A DNA stretch of 64,000 nucleotides. It comes from Nemertoderma westbladi (Eukaryota > Animalia > Xenacoelomorpha). This document shows positions 40,281 through 52,533 of the stretch, in pieces. Where the stretch lies: the NCBI GenBank assembly GCA_032718475.1, contig JAUCBJ010007043.1, forward strand, positions 124,001 through 188,000, in the 5' to 3' direction. Position numbers and translations under genes: made by a program. Under the pieces are notes generated by a model. That model had not been told where the DNA came from, searched no databases, and was given only the letters and a program-made list of their open reading frames with translations. The stretch's first letter is position 1. Every line of letters starts with the position of its first letter.

Positions 40281-41035
40281 TGTTGGACGCAACTCACTTC
40301 GTATGCATTCCTCGTATGCAAATACAAGGAAATGCATAGGAGCGGGGTTGTGGTGAATTGCGTTGAGTTTTGTCTGGTGGGTATCAAAACAAAATTTTAT
40401 TTTCAAAATTTTTGGAAAAATTTAAAAATTTAAAAAAATTTGAAGTGAACCCAAGACAATTCCAGACGCTGTGTATAGACGCGTTTTAGAATTCGTCTAT
40501 AGATAAACAGTAATTTGAAAGTCGTGAAGCCTGGAAAATAGCATTTAGAAACCATGGTGACGGCTATATTACGTAGGAGTGTAAATTGAGTTTAGCAACT
40601 TCCACAGATTGGTGCCAACAGTGCAACTAGGGTGCTAAAGGTTAGTAGCACCAGAGGCCTACGCGGACCCCACTCAGTAGTTTGCAGTGAAGTGTGATGT
40701 TCGATTATCAAACCTGTGGGTTTGGTATAGTCGAGTATTGAGGCTATGGTCCTTTCTAACTACTGTAGTTTAGTACGAGTAATGGGAGTAGTTTGGGCAT
40801 CAAAAAGTGAGTTGGTCACGGCCAGTTTATCTCCAAAGTTTTTGCGCTATGCATGGGAATACGTTAGAGGATAGTTAGGAAGAGACGGGATCTAGAGAGT
40901 CGAACCTGAACTGCTGGAAGGCAGCGGGGGGGTTCGGGAGGTCTGTCCTTCGGCGACATCTAACTGATTTACCCACAGTGTAATTGGTTACGTAACGGCA
41001 CTTATTGGGATATATATGTATATACACGGCGCATA

Positions 41036-41234
41036 ATGGAGAAGGATATTAGAGCGCAACCGCGCAGAGGATTTACTGCCAGAGAGGAGGCGGAGTTACC
41101 ATTCGCGCGACCGGGATGTAAAGATTCGAACGTTTACTACCATGGGAGGTCTGTGATGGAGCTAAATGGGAAATATAAACCCACTTATGATAAGGAATTA
41201 CGGAGGGAAAGAATGAGAGCGTTGGGGGACTGTA
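41036..41234 (+). pseudogene. N-terminal piece of the family B accessory ORF, cut by the Polinton
   Basis: ATG start; the frame stops at the Polinton terminus; same purine-rich composition as 57334-59283. Confidence 0.6.
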
Positions 41235-42049
41235 AGTAGTAGATAAAGCATGGCCCCCAACATAGTCCTCCCTAAGCCTGGGCTATGCACATTCCATTCG
41301 GAGGGCTATTAAAAAATGCCAAATTCCGGTGCTAAATTGCGGTGCGCGCCACATCTGTCACCATCCATCGATCGGCAGTTGCCATCAACCAATCGTAGCG
41401 TAGCGTAGCCTAACTAACTAACCCTAATGTTATTCACCTTTTCACCACGTCATCACCACCACCACCGCTGTATACTGTATATGATGGCGACAACGACGAC
41501 GTGGCCACCAACTACTCGCATCGCGCATATATTATATTATATCGATTGCCAACTCCACGACAGCCGTCGCCAAACCAACAAACCAACCACTCAGTATGAT
41601 ACATGTGCATGAAATTCCGCCTCGTGTCAACTACGCGTATACGAGCATTTCCATAGTAGTTACTCAAGCTAACCGATCCCGCAGCATCTGTGCCATATTG
41701 AAAGGCTACTACTACTAACATTATACTGTGCGTTTTTATTATAATTATTGATTATTATTACACACAACCCTATGATTCATATTCTTTCACATATTTCCTA
41801 TCCACGTAACCAACCAACCATTCATCCACGTTGCACCCCATCTCTTTTCTTATTCGTCGATGATTATGACACGTCCCATCTCTTCTTCGTTGACTATGCC
41901 ACATCGCAAATTTATATATAACTGAATGTTTTTAATAAAATTCATCACTTGTAATCTTCATGGTAATATATTGATACCATATCTAATTTTTTGTTCTCAC
42001 TCTGACATTGTGTTATTTCCTTAATAATTTCTTCATTATCTTACTCATT

Positions 42050-42257
42050 GTATATATAAGTGGTCAGAAATTCATACAAGAGCGAAAATGATACCTAACG
42101 ATGCCATACTTCGCAGTACACAGATTACATGAATCATTTTATTTTTGACGTTTTGTTGGGAAAAATAAAATGATTCATGTAATCTGTGTACTGCTAAGTA
42201 CGGCAAAGTTAAGTATCATCTTTTGTCTCGTGTTAGTTTCTGACCACTTATATATAC
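42050..42257. repeat. 208 bp imperfect palindrome with TATATATAAG at both outer ends
   Basis: Perfect 34 bp stem 42113-42146 / 42161-42194; perfect outer 21 bp 42050-42070 / 42237-42257. Confidence 0.92.
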
Positions 42258-42355
42258 CCAATTTTAGAGTGAGAACTATGGTGTCAATTTATTACAGCGA
42301 TGCGGTTTAAAATTTATCACTTGTAATATTTTTCGTATTTATTATTATTATTATT

Positions 42356-43420
42356 ATGGCCTTAACGCAAAAAACCGGAGCTGCAAATAGCTGGAAATTT
42401 ACTTACAATAAATATACTTGTACCGTCGTTCACAGCAAGTATTTTATTGTGGAATCTCAGGAGGACAACGAATCAATTTGTTTTTCCCATCAAGATACCC
42501 GCTATTTGTTAGACATTCTAGAAATAACCAACAACAACCAACATCAATCCAGACCAGCAATTATACCAGGTAGGATATATCCAACTCTTCGTTTTGCTCG
42601 GGGAAATTTGAATATTTCCATCAACCCCACATCGGGTGATGTTTACGTTCAGAAACAAGGCAAATGTAAAGTTCTCAACAAAGCTTTTACTGAAGTTCTA
42701 ATTCAATACAGAGGGAAATTATTGCAATTTCTCTCTCCACCGCTAGAGATTATTAGCGATCAATTCTACATTGAATTATCAAATCCAGAGTTTATTGGAT
42801 TTGTAACAGCTTTTAAAGGAACCAACTATGTTGGCTTATGGAAAATCAGCCCCAGATACGCTGATAGTGTTGGTTTTAACTATTATACAGGTTTCAATTT
42901 GTCAAAACAGGAACTAAGCGTTTTGTTGCGAGAGTGGGACAACCAAGTCGATGAAACAGACAAGCATCTTTTTGATAAAAATATCATTCAATTATCAGAC
43001 CGGCTCAAAATGATTAAAACCAATAATAAAAAAATTATTATCACCAACACCGATAATTCTACTGAAGTAGGTGCCAGCGGAAATTCTATTGAGTTGCATT
43101 ACTTGAATGATAAAGCTCATATTAGTTTTCTCAAAGAATCGATGGATGGGGTTTCTCTTACTGAAGCCCATGTTGACGGTTTTGTCCTCTTGGATAAACC
43201 TAAAGCATTCGTAGAGATCCCATCACCTAATCCAGATGTTGAAGAGAGTTGCTCTCAACCGCAACAGGTCTTTCCTGAAATATTACCTCGAAAGCCAAGA
43301 TCATCGAGTAAATTTACCAACGCATCACCTGCAAAGAAACAGAAAGTTGTCAGTAACCCAGTTCTAGTAGAACCTGTTACTAATTCTCTATGGAAACCAG
43401 ATTATTATCCTAATATGTAA
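42356..43420 (+). CDS. PC4/Sub1-like ssDNA-binding domain protein
   Basis: VTAFKGTNYVGLWK...TGFNLSKQELSVL fits the PC4 pattern V..FKG..YVDIR...KGISL..EQW..L; basic NLS-like PAKKQK. Confidence 0.6.
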   Translation: MALTQKTGAANSWKFTYNKYTCTVVHSKYFIVESQEDNESICFSHQDTRYLLDILEITNNNQHQSRPAIIPGRIYPTLRFARGNLNISINPTSGDVYVQKQGKCKVLNKAFTEVLIQYRGKLLQFLSPPLEIISDQFYIELSNPEFIGFVTAFKGTNYVGLWKISPRYADSVGFNYYTGFNLSKQELSVLLREWDNQVDETDKHLFDKNIIQLSDRLKMIKTNNKKIIITNTDNSTEVGASGNSIELHYLNDKAHISFLKESMDGVSLTEAHVDGFVLLDKPKAFVEIPSPNPDVEESCSQPQQVFPEILPRKPRSSSKFTNASPAKKQKVVSNPVLVEPVTNSLWKPDYYPNM

Positions 43421-43612
43421 GCCTAATCATAAGTTAAACTCTTTGCGGTTTCCAATAGTCATAAGCGATTGGTGATTGGTTTAAAATTATTTCCCTCGCT
43501 AGCATATAAATGTTTAGATATAGTCAATATCATATCATTTCATTTTATTTTAATCTTTGGACATATTTTATTATTATTATTATTATTATTATTTATCTAA
43601 ACAAACTTCAAC

Positions 43613-46600
43613 ATGGATAAAATAACAATATGTTGTTCATTCTGTCATATGAATGTAACTAGACATAATTACTTACGCCACCTACGGTCACATTTTGAAG
43701 GTTATTCTTGTTTTAAGTGTCATGTCGTGACTTCATGCAGCGAAATTTGTAAACGACATGAATCAACTACTGGTTGTAAAGAAATGGAGTTCCGCACCTA
43801 TCAATTGACTTGTTCTACCTGTAATAAAGAGTATACATATGAGAATTATATACGACACGACTGTCACTTGAAATGTTACTACACAAGAAAGCGTAAATTT
43901 CCGCAACATAAAAATATAATATCCAGAAAACACTTAAGGGTGGCTCTTGGTACATGCGCAACAATTTTTACGCGGGAACAAGAAGCTCACGATAATCGTC
44001 TTGAAATTTATGTCCACGACCTCCCAACTTCTAGAGATTATCCCGATGTAGAAACAGCATTAGCACAAATTCGAGGTAATATTCTTCAGTTAATATTAGA
44101 TAGATTGAAAGAAATGAATGTTCTTAGACTGTGGTTAGGTCTAAATGTATTAATGTACAGATCACATTTTGCAGAAGGCGAGCAATTGGAAACCTTTTAT
44201 TTTAATTCTTCCGGTGGTGCTATTAATACTGTAGATTTGCCGCAAAGTTTTGACTCATGGTTTGAGTATGTGCGTGCTGGGAAATATATTACAAAAAATA
44301 GCCATATTTAACACACGTGGTTCGGGGTGGCGTATTAAATCTTTATTAAGGGTTGAAATTAAATTAGCTGAATCTAAGTGTAGGTCGTTACTATATAAGG
44401 GGCATGGATATATGGAATTACCTAAGGCTTTATCAGCTAAAAAATGTACAATAAATATACAAACAGCTGATAATGATTGTTTCAAATGGGCTATTATATC
44501 CGCAAAATTTGGTAGCAAAGTGAAAAACAACAAAAACCATACTTCATTGTACAAAAATTATATGAGTCATTTCATTTTTGACAATGGGAACAAAGATTAT
44601 CCAACAGAGTGGCAGTTAGCGATTAAACTTTTTGAAAAACAAAATTCAAAATATATAATTAATTTACTATGTTGGAATAACGACAACAAACATACTCCTG
44701 TATCTATATTAAGACAACCTCCTTTTAGTAAAATTACACCTGATAAACAGTTATTAAATATATTACTTGTAGTAAAAAATAACAATGTACCTAAACTGAA
44801 TCATTATGTTTGCATAACTAACTTGAATCGATTGCTGAATTCGAGAGCTCTTCATACCCGAGGTAGGCAATTTTGTGAAAGGTGCTTGGCTCATTTTTTT
44901 CGAGCGGAAGTTCTTCATCGACACCATCTCGTATGCTACCAAGGAAGAAGTCAGCGCGAGAAACTACCTAATAAAAAAAGAACACACATTAGTTTTACAA
45001 ATTTAGATAGAACCTTATCCCCATTGTTTGTCACCTACTTTGATATAGAATGTATCTTACAACCTTCAGTTAATAATCAATTTATACAGGAGCATATACC
45101 GTGTGCTGTGAGTTATTTAATTGTTCCCAATACTGAATTAATTGACCCACCAAAATGTCATTTGAAAACATTTGTAAAGACAAATAATAATAATAATTGT
45201 ATTCAAGATTTCTTAGATTCATTATGTACTGATTTAACTGAATTATGTTGTTGGTCAGACATATACACTCATAAAACCATGTCATTTACTAATATTGATT
45301 TTGTAAATTTTGAACAAGCAAAATTCTGTTTCTATTGTAATGTTACTTTAAATAATAATGTTGGGAAAAACAGACATCATTCACATATTACAGGTAAATA
45401 TATTGCGGCAGCCTGTAATAGTTTTAACCGAAGTTTATCATTGAAACGATACCTGTATGTACTTTGCGGGCACAATTCCAGTAATTACGATATACATTGT
45501 ATATTACAAACCGGATTTAGAGATAAGAAATACACAGATTGGGATATAAAGGTTATACCGAGAAATACAGAACGATATATTTCACTGAGTGCATTTATCC
45601 CAATTAAAAACACTTCTAAAAAAATTGAGTTACGTTTCTTGGACACATATCAATTTTTAAGCTTTTCTTTAAGTAATTTGGTTGAGTGTTCAACAAAGGA
45701 TGTAGCGAGTCATGATATAAGCTCAATTTTACCTATTACTCTACAAGAAATGAAATATTTTTATCCAAACTTGAATAACTCAACAATTAAACGGAAAGGA
45801 GTATTTCCATACGAGTACTTGAAAGATATTAATAAATTTAATGATACTAGTTTACCATCTATAAATAATTTTTTTAGTAACTTAAGTCAAAAAACATGTA
45901 CAATTGAAGATTATAGGTTTGCGGAATTATCATGGGTTGAATTCGACTGTGTGAATCTCAAAGATTATCTTTTAGCCTATTTAAAACTCGATGTTTGTTT
46001 GCTTGCTGATATATTTGAGAATTTTAGGAATGTTTGTAAACAAAATTACGATTTAGAAGTGGTTTTTTACTGTAGTATCGCGTCATTTACCTATGATTGC
46101 GCACTAAAATATAATAAATGTAAAATAGAATTAATAAAGGATTATCAGACATATAGAGATTTTGAAAAATCAATTAGGGGTGGTGTTTCATTTTGTCGAA
46201 AGCATTATATAGAATCAAATATACCAGGAACAAGTACATATGATTCTACTAAGGAAGGATGCCATATTTTTAATATTGATTTCAACTCTTTATATTCTGG
46301 GAATTTAAGTAAAAAACTACCCACCTCGCAATTCAAAGAAGTAAGTATTAAACATTTAGAGAATGCAATTCCAGAAAAACTAATCGAGTACTTGGTAGAT
46401 TTAGACATTGATGGATCTACTGGATATTTTTTAATATGTGATTTAAATTATCCTAAAGCTATTCACGATCAAACATTACAATTACCGTTAGCTCCAGAGC
46501 ATTTAAGTATAAATGAATCAATGCTTTCACCTTATATGAGGGAACAATTTAATTTATCGATACAAAGAGGTACCTCCCGTAAATATAGGATGTCTACACC

Positions 46601-47675
46601 AAAACTCTTGCTGACGCAATTTGATAAAGAGTTTTATCATTTACATTTGAAACTGTTAAAATTTTATATAAAACATGGATTAATTGTTACTAAACTACAT
46701 AAATTATATTCTTTTCAACAAGAATTTGTATTTAAAAATTACATAGATTTTAATATTAATCAAAGGCGCCTAGCAAAAAGTTACATTGAAACTGCTGTCG
46801 CGAAATTGCTCAACAATTCGCTGTTTGGCAAATCAATAGAAAAGATAAGAGATTAATGTAACTTTCGTATCGCAAATAGCAATGATAAATGCGATCAATT
46901 GGTAAATCGTATTAATCATGAACAATTTATAATATACAATAATACATTATCGGGACATTTATTAGTGAAAGACTCTGTAACTCTCGATAAGCCTATATTT
47001 ATTGGTAGCGCTGTGTTGGACTTGGCTAAATTGGATATGTATGAGCTGTTCTACAATAAATTGCTACCTATTGAGAAAGAATTAAACTGTCGTATTGAAA
47101 TTGCTGCATCAGACACAGACTCTTTAATAGGTTGTTACTATAATACATCGCAGAATAATTTTTTAAAAGCATTAATTAAAAATAATATTTTAGATACTTC
47201 CAATTACCCTAAGGATCACCCTCTCTACAGCGATAAAAATAAATCCCAACTCTATTACTGTAAAGACGAACTAGCCTCACGTGAAATTAAACAAGCAGTA
47301 TTTTTAAGACCAAAATTATATTCAATTTTGGAATGGAATAACAAAAATATTCGTAGAGCAAAAGGTATTACAAGAGCTGTTGTGGAAACGAATATTACAC
47401 ATGAAGAATATTTAAAAGCATATAACTCAAATGAAGAAATAAAAAAAAACATACACAGATTTCAATCTAAATTACATCGTATTTATACCTTAAAGCAAAA
47501 TAAATTTGCGCTCAGCAGCTTTGACGATAAACTTTATTGGGTTAATAAAAATCATTCGCTTCCTTGGGGGCACTATAAAACAAACCTCAAAAAACCTATA
47601 AAAATATCAAATATACCAATTTATGAAGAACCAAAAGACGATGGTATTGATGATGAATTATCAAATAGTAAATAA
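43613..47675 (+). pseudogene. Protein-primed family B DNA polymerase (pPolB) with N-terminal zinc fingers and an endonuclease VII-like insert; frameshift near 44290, in-frame stop at 46854
   Basis: GSGW, DNDCFKWA, FCERC, YFDIE (ExoI), HHSHITGKY..ACNSFN, HNSSNYD (ExoII), KGVFPYEY, YLKLDV (ExoIII), DFNSLY, KLLNNSLFGK, SDTDS. Confidence 0.95.
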
Positions 47676-48204
47676 AAATATAAGTTGTAAGCAGATCATT
47701 TATGGACTTAATTTAAAAGAATTAAAAAATCAATTGACTGGTAAAATTGTACTCAAACCTAATCAGTTTATATATAAGGTATTTGGTGCAACCATATTAA
47801 TGTTTACAAATGGTCGAATAACAATTCTCGGTAGAAAATATAATTTTAATAAAGTGAAAAAGCATATATTCGAAAAAACAAACATTAATTTGATTTTTAA
47901 ATCAATCAATTTGTGTACTTATATTTTTAGTATAGATACCGTAATTTATAGGTTACTTATAAACAATATCGGGTTTTATGTTATATTTGATAATGTTAAA
48001 CTAGAAATTTCATACGAGCCTGAAATATTCAATAACTGTAAAGTCAGAATAAATAATAATGTTGTTGTTTGCTGCTTCTACACCGGTAAATGTACATTAA
48101 TGTGTTCCCCGTTTAAATTTCATATATATTATCCTATATTCAACAAACTGGTTAATAATTTATTATTGTTTGGTGCGAGGGTTTTTGTTGTAAAATATAA
48201 TTAG
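47623..48204 (+). CDS. Divergent TATA-box-binding protein (TBP)-like protein
   Basis: Two TBP repeats: QIVN..LNLKEL..PNQF..ATILMFTNGRITILG and FKSINL..SYEPEIF..VVCCFYTGKCTL; size matches a TBP core. Confidence 0.8.
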   Translation: MKNQKTMVLMMNYQIVNKNISCKQIIYGLNLKELKNQLTGKIVLKPNQFIYKVFGATILMFTNGRITILGRKYNFNKVKKHIFEKTNINLIFKSINLCTYIFSIDTVIYRLLINNIGFYVIFDNVKLEISYEPEIFNNCKVRINNNVVVCCFYTGKCTLMCSPFKFHIYYPIFNKLVNNLLLFGARVFVVKYN

Positions 48205-48881
48205 TGTGAGTGAAATTTATTGTTGTTGTTGCTGTTTGGTGGTGGAGATTTTTACTGTAAAATATATATATATTAAATTGGTTGGAAAAAAATTATAAAT
48301 ATTTTTTTTAAATCAACAACTAGTTTGAGGGGAAATTAACTTCGGTGGAGCGATTGCTGCTTGTAACACTCAAGTAGGCATAGTATACTCAGGGGCTGTA
48401 GCTAGCTAGCTAACTTGGCATTGTTGCTCACGAGTGAGTTACAATAGCGAATCTGTTACTTATGAGTGTGCGTGAGTGCGGCGGGCAACGCTAAGCTCGG
48501 TGAGAAAAGATTAGGGTTATGTGCTGGTATTCATAGTCAAAGACGATGCCCTCCTATCTGTTACTAGTCTGTATACCGGTACATATCATTAAAACATCGG
48601 CTATGCATCTCCCTACATTCAGAATAGAACAACGAACAGAGCATATATCGCTAATCCGCATGGGAAAGGTTTATGTTGTGCATTTTGTTAACTATGAGAA
48701 TTTTGTAATGTACACATCTGCGACCCTCTACAAAAATATATATAAACTCAATTTTTCTGACAGTGAACTATAATTTTGTTAAACAAAAGAAGAAAAAAAT
48801 ATCAGTAGGCCTACCTATTCAATTTAAAGATATTCTTACCGGTACCTAGTTACGACGACGACAACTTACCTCAACTCGAAG

Positions 48882-49298
48882 ATGACATTCGCCTTTTTTA
48901 ATAACCGAGAGTTGAAAAGTTGTATCAAAATCGAATTGCAATCAAGCGACGAAACATATCTCTCAGCATCCAATATTGCTGAGATGGAGTTGCGATATAT
49001 AAACCAAAAATTTGAGATTGGGTTTACTTTGGTAGAATATGGAGTAGGTCAAGTAGATGGTCTACCTTTATCACCTACAAAGGTTGAAATTTCAAAAGAT
49101 TTCACACTTCATATAAAGATACAACCGCGAATATCGGGAAGCTCACCCTCTAGTGAAAATTTGGAGAATGATGTTGATAATACGCTTCGCTTCGATATAC
49201 CAACACAAAGACCGGTAGAAGTTAGGCCTATAAACAACCATTTACAGGTACCGGTAATGGAGGAAACTCCACTGAGGGACCCACATATAGGACTATAA
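48882..49298 (+). CDS. Hypothetical Polinton protein (138 aa)
   Basis: ATG-initiated ORF collinear with the replication genes, followed by AATAAA; no motif recognised. Confidence 0.4.
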   Translation: MTFAFFNNRELKSCIKIELQSSDETYLSASNIAEMELRYINQKFEIGFTLVEYGVGQVDGLPLSPTKVEISKDFTLHIKIQPRISGSSPSSENLENDVDNTLRFDIPTQRPVEVRPINNHLQVPVMEETPLRDPHIGL

Positions 49299-49324
49299 AA
49301 AGTATAATACAGTAATAAATTTAG

Positions 49325-50388
<1,064 letters not shown>

Positions 50389-50481
50389 CTTATAAAACTT
50401 AGTAGACCGAATCTATTTTATATATAATTTAAAAAAAAGCGAATACATAAATAAATTAACTATGTTTTATATAGTCCCCCG

Positions 50482-50850
50482 TCAACATAGAGTGAATGTT
50501 AGTAACAGAGAATGGGGTGGATTTTATATAGGCTTAGTTAGGTATACCGCGAGCCACACCTATTGTATCCGAGTGGAGCCATTATATGACTGGTTGAATG
50601 ATGGCGCCCCTAACCAAGAGTTCTAAAGGTTAACTGTAAAGAAGCATACAACATAGAGTGAATGTAGAAAGTTAGTAACAGAGAGTGCGAGGGGATTTTA
50701 TAGGACCTATAGCGCTACCGGTACCTAACCACACCTATTGTATCAATGAGCTAGTCAACTTTCAGTTGAGGAGTAGTTATTAGGCCTATATGCCTAACCG
50801 AATGAAAGTGTACCTTACCTATCCGCGAGTACTAAAGGTTAACCGTAAAC
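50482..50850. repeat. Diverged tandem duplication (~165-200 bp unit)
   Basis: CAACATAGAGTGAATGT...CCACACCTATTGTATC...CTAAAGGTTAAC.GTAAA occurs twice. Confidence 0.8.
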
Positions 50851-51444
50851 CATATTGGGTCAACATTCGAAAAAGGGCCCCGCATAAAGTTAACTATAGC
50901 TGTATAGGCTTACCTATGCGACAGTAGTAGCCCGCAGTAATGTAGATTAGACCAATTAAAGTTGTAAACAGAAAATTGGAAGCATTCAAGTGTAATAGTG
51001 TAATCCTTAAATCAAAGAAACCGGTATGCCCTTGCTCTATCCTCAAGTACCGGTATACAGTTGGAAGAGGGCTACAGGGCCGTCGGTACCAGTAGGCATA
51101 TTGTTAGGAGGGCCTCTCCAATGCAGCATTCACGAACCCTCCATGTTGAGTTAATTTAGTAAGTAAGGCTAAAGCCTTGTGGTTGCTGTCAGTCTAGAAG
51201 GGCGCCATTCTGCCATTCTATATGTCTGTATGTGTAAAGTCAGCTAGCTACTGGTAGTTAAACTCTGATACAACAGAGGGCTACCGGTAGGTGTGGTGTG
51301 TTTGTGAGTGTAAACAGCGATATAAAAAAAAGATTTTAATGTTTTTATTATTTTTTATTGACATTAAAACAAATATATTATCCCATCACATTACAAGCTT
51401 AGAGTAAACCTACTGTAAGAGTACATCTTCCACCGCAGTTAAAC

Positions 51445-52047
51445 CTACTGTATGAGTACATCTTCCACCGCAGTTATTTCTTTCTGTTTATCATCATCAT
51501 TCGCAGTTAAACGCTTTCTCATGAAAAAGTGTAGCATCTCATACCCCCCAACGCGTTTTGCTGAGCAGTATCGCAGACAGTTATCCCTTATGTTTAAGTG
51601 GAACGCACATTTATTTTCTACTATAGTAAATTGATCGTGGAAGCGATAGGGGGTTAAATAATCATGATATTGCTTATATATTCCCAATTTCTCCACCGAA
51701 TTTGGTGCGAGAACATCGAGTTGGGTGTTTAATATTGCTTGCTTCAGCAACCCAAATACAAATATATTTTTTTTATATTTTAAATGTCTCTTCATATATT
51801 TTTTAAAGTCATCTTGCGAAATGTCACCGTAGTCCCAGGGCAAATGAGAAGTCATATCTCGTAAATTGTTTACGTGAGCTACATCTAAAGCTGATAATTT
51901 AATATTAGGTGGGCCTTTAATTAAAAACGTCTTTACATTAGTTTTGGTGTAATTAGAATCGAATATAGCAAATTCTTTAAATACTACCGGATACTCTTTA
52001 TTGTCTATCTTATAATATTGAAAATCAACAAAAATAATATTATCCAT
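51445..52047 (-). CDS. Polinton DEDD-like 3'-5' exonuclease-fold protein
   Basis: IFVDFQ..FKEFAI, LPWDYGDI, VFG..K, C..H..C(S)AKRV pattern typical of this Polinton family; 36 bp tandem duplication across its 3' end. Confidence 0.65.
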   Translation of the reverse strand: MDNIIFVDFQYYKIDNKEYPVVFKEFAIFDSNYTKTNVKTFLIKGPPNIKLSALDVAHVNNLRDMTSHLPWDYGDISQDDFKKYMKRHLKYKKNIFVFGLLKQAILNTQLDVLAPNSVEKLGIYKQYHDYLTPYRFHDQFTIVENKCAFHLNIRDNCLRYCSAKRVGGYEMLHFFMRKRLTANDDDKQKEITAVEDVLIQ

Positions 52048-52078
52048 TTTATCTGATAAACAAAAGCTAAATGATTAA

Positions 52079-52531
52079 TTACAACGCTTGTTGGTTTATT
52101 TTATAATAATTAACAAGCCATTTATATAATATTATTTCATTTATTTCCACATTATTTGTAAACGCACTCATTGGATAGTTTGTGTGAATTCGATTTACCA
52201 AGTAATAAAGACAGTATAGGACGCATGTGGTCCTCCTTGGGTCTTGAAATTGTTTGCGAGTAGTACGCCATCTTGCGGAATTTTTCTCAAGCCATTTTTC
52301 GATGCATCTGTTTGGATATTTTGATCCGAATGAATCAAATAATTCAGCCTCATTATCTCGTATATATATTGCGATCCAATGAATCCCGGGCAGATGCTCT
52401 TTATCGGTATTTACTATTAACCCATAATCTCTCCGCTTATTATTATCTAATTTAGGTAATTTATTAGCTGGAAACGCTCCCAAATAGTGACCACCCACTG
52501 GAAACATATCAAGGTCCTCTGTAGATAACAT
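52079..52531 (-). CDS. Adenain-like (Ulp1 fold) cysteine maturation protease
   Basis: NTD..PGIHWIA, FDSFG, Q....TCVLYC (His/Asp/Gln/Cys). Confidence 0.9.
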   Translation of the reverse strand: MLSTEDLDMFPVGGHYLGAFPANKLPKLDNNKRRDYGLIVNTDKEHLPGIHWIAIYIRDNEAELFDSFGSKYPNRCIEKWLEKNSARWRTTRKQFQDPRRTTCVLYCLYYLVNRIHTNYPMSAFTNNVEINEIILYKWLVNYYKINQQAL

Positions 52532-52533
52532 AC

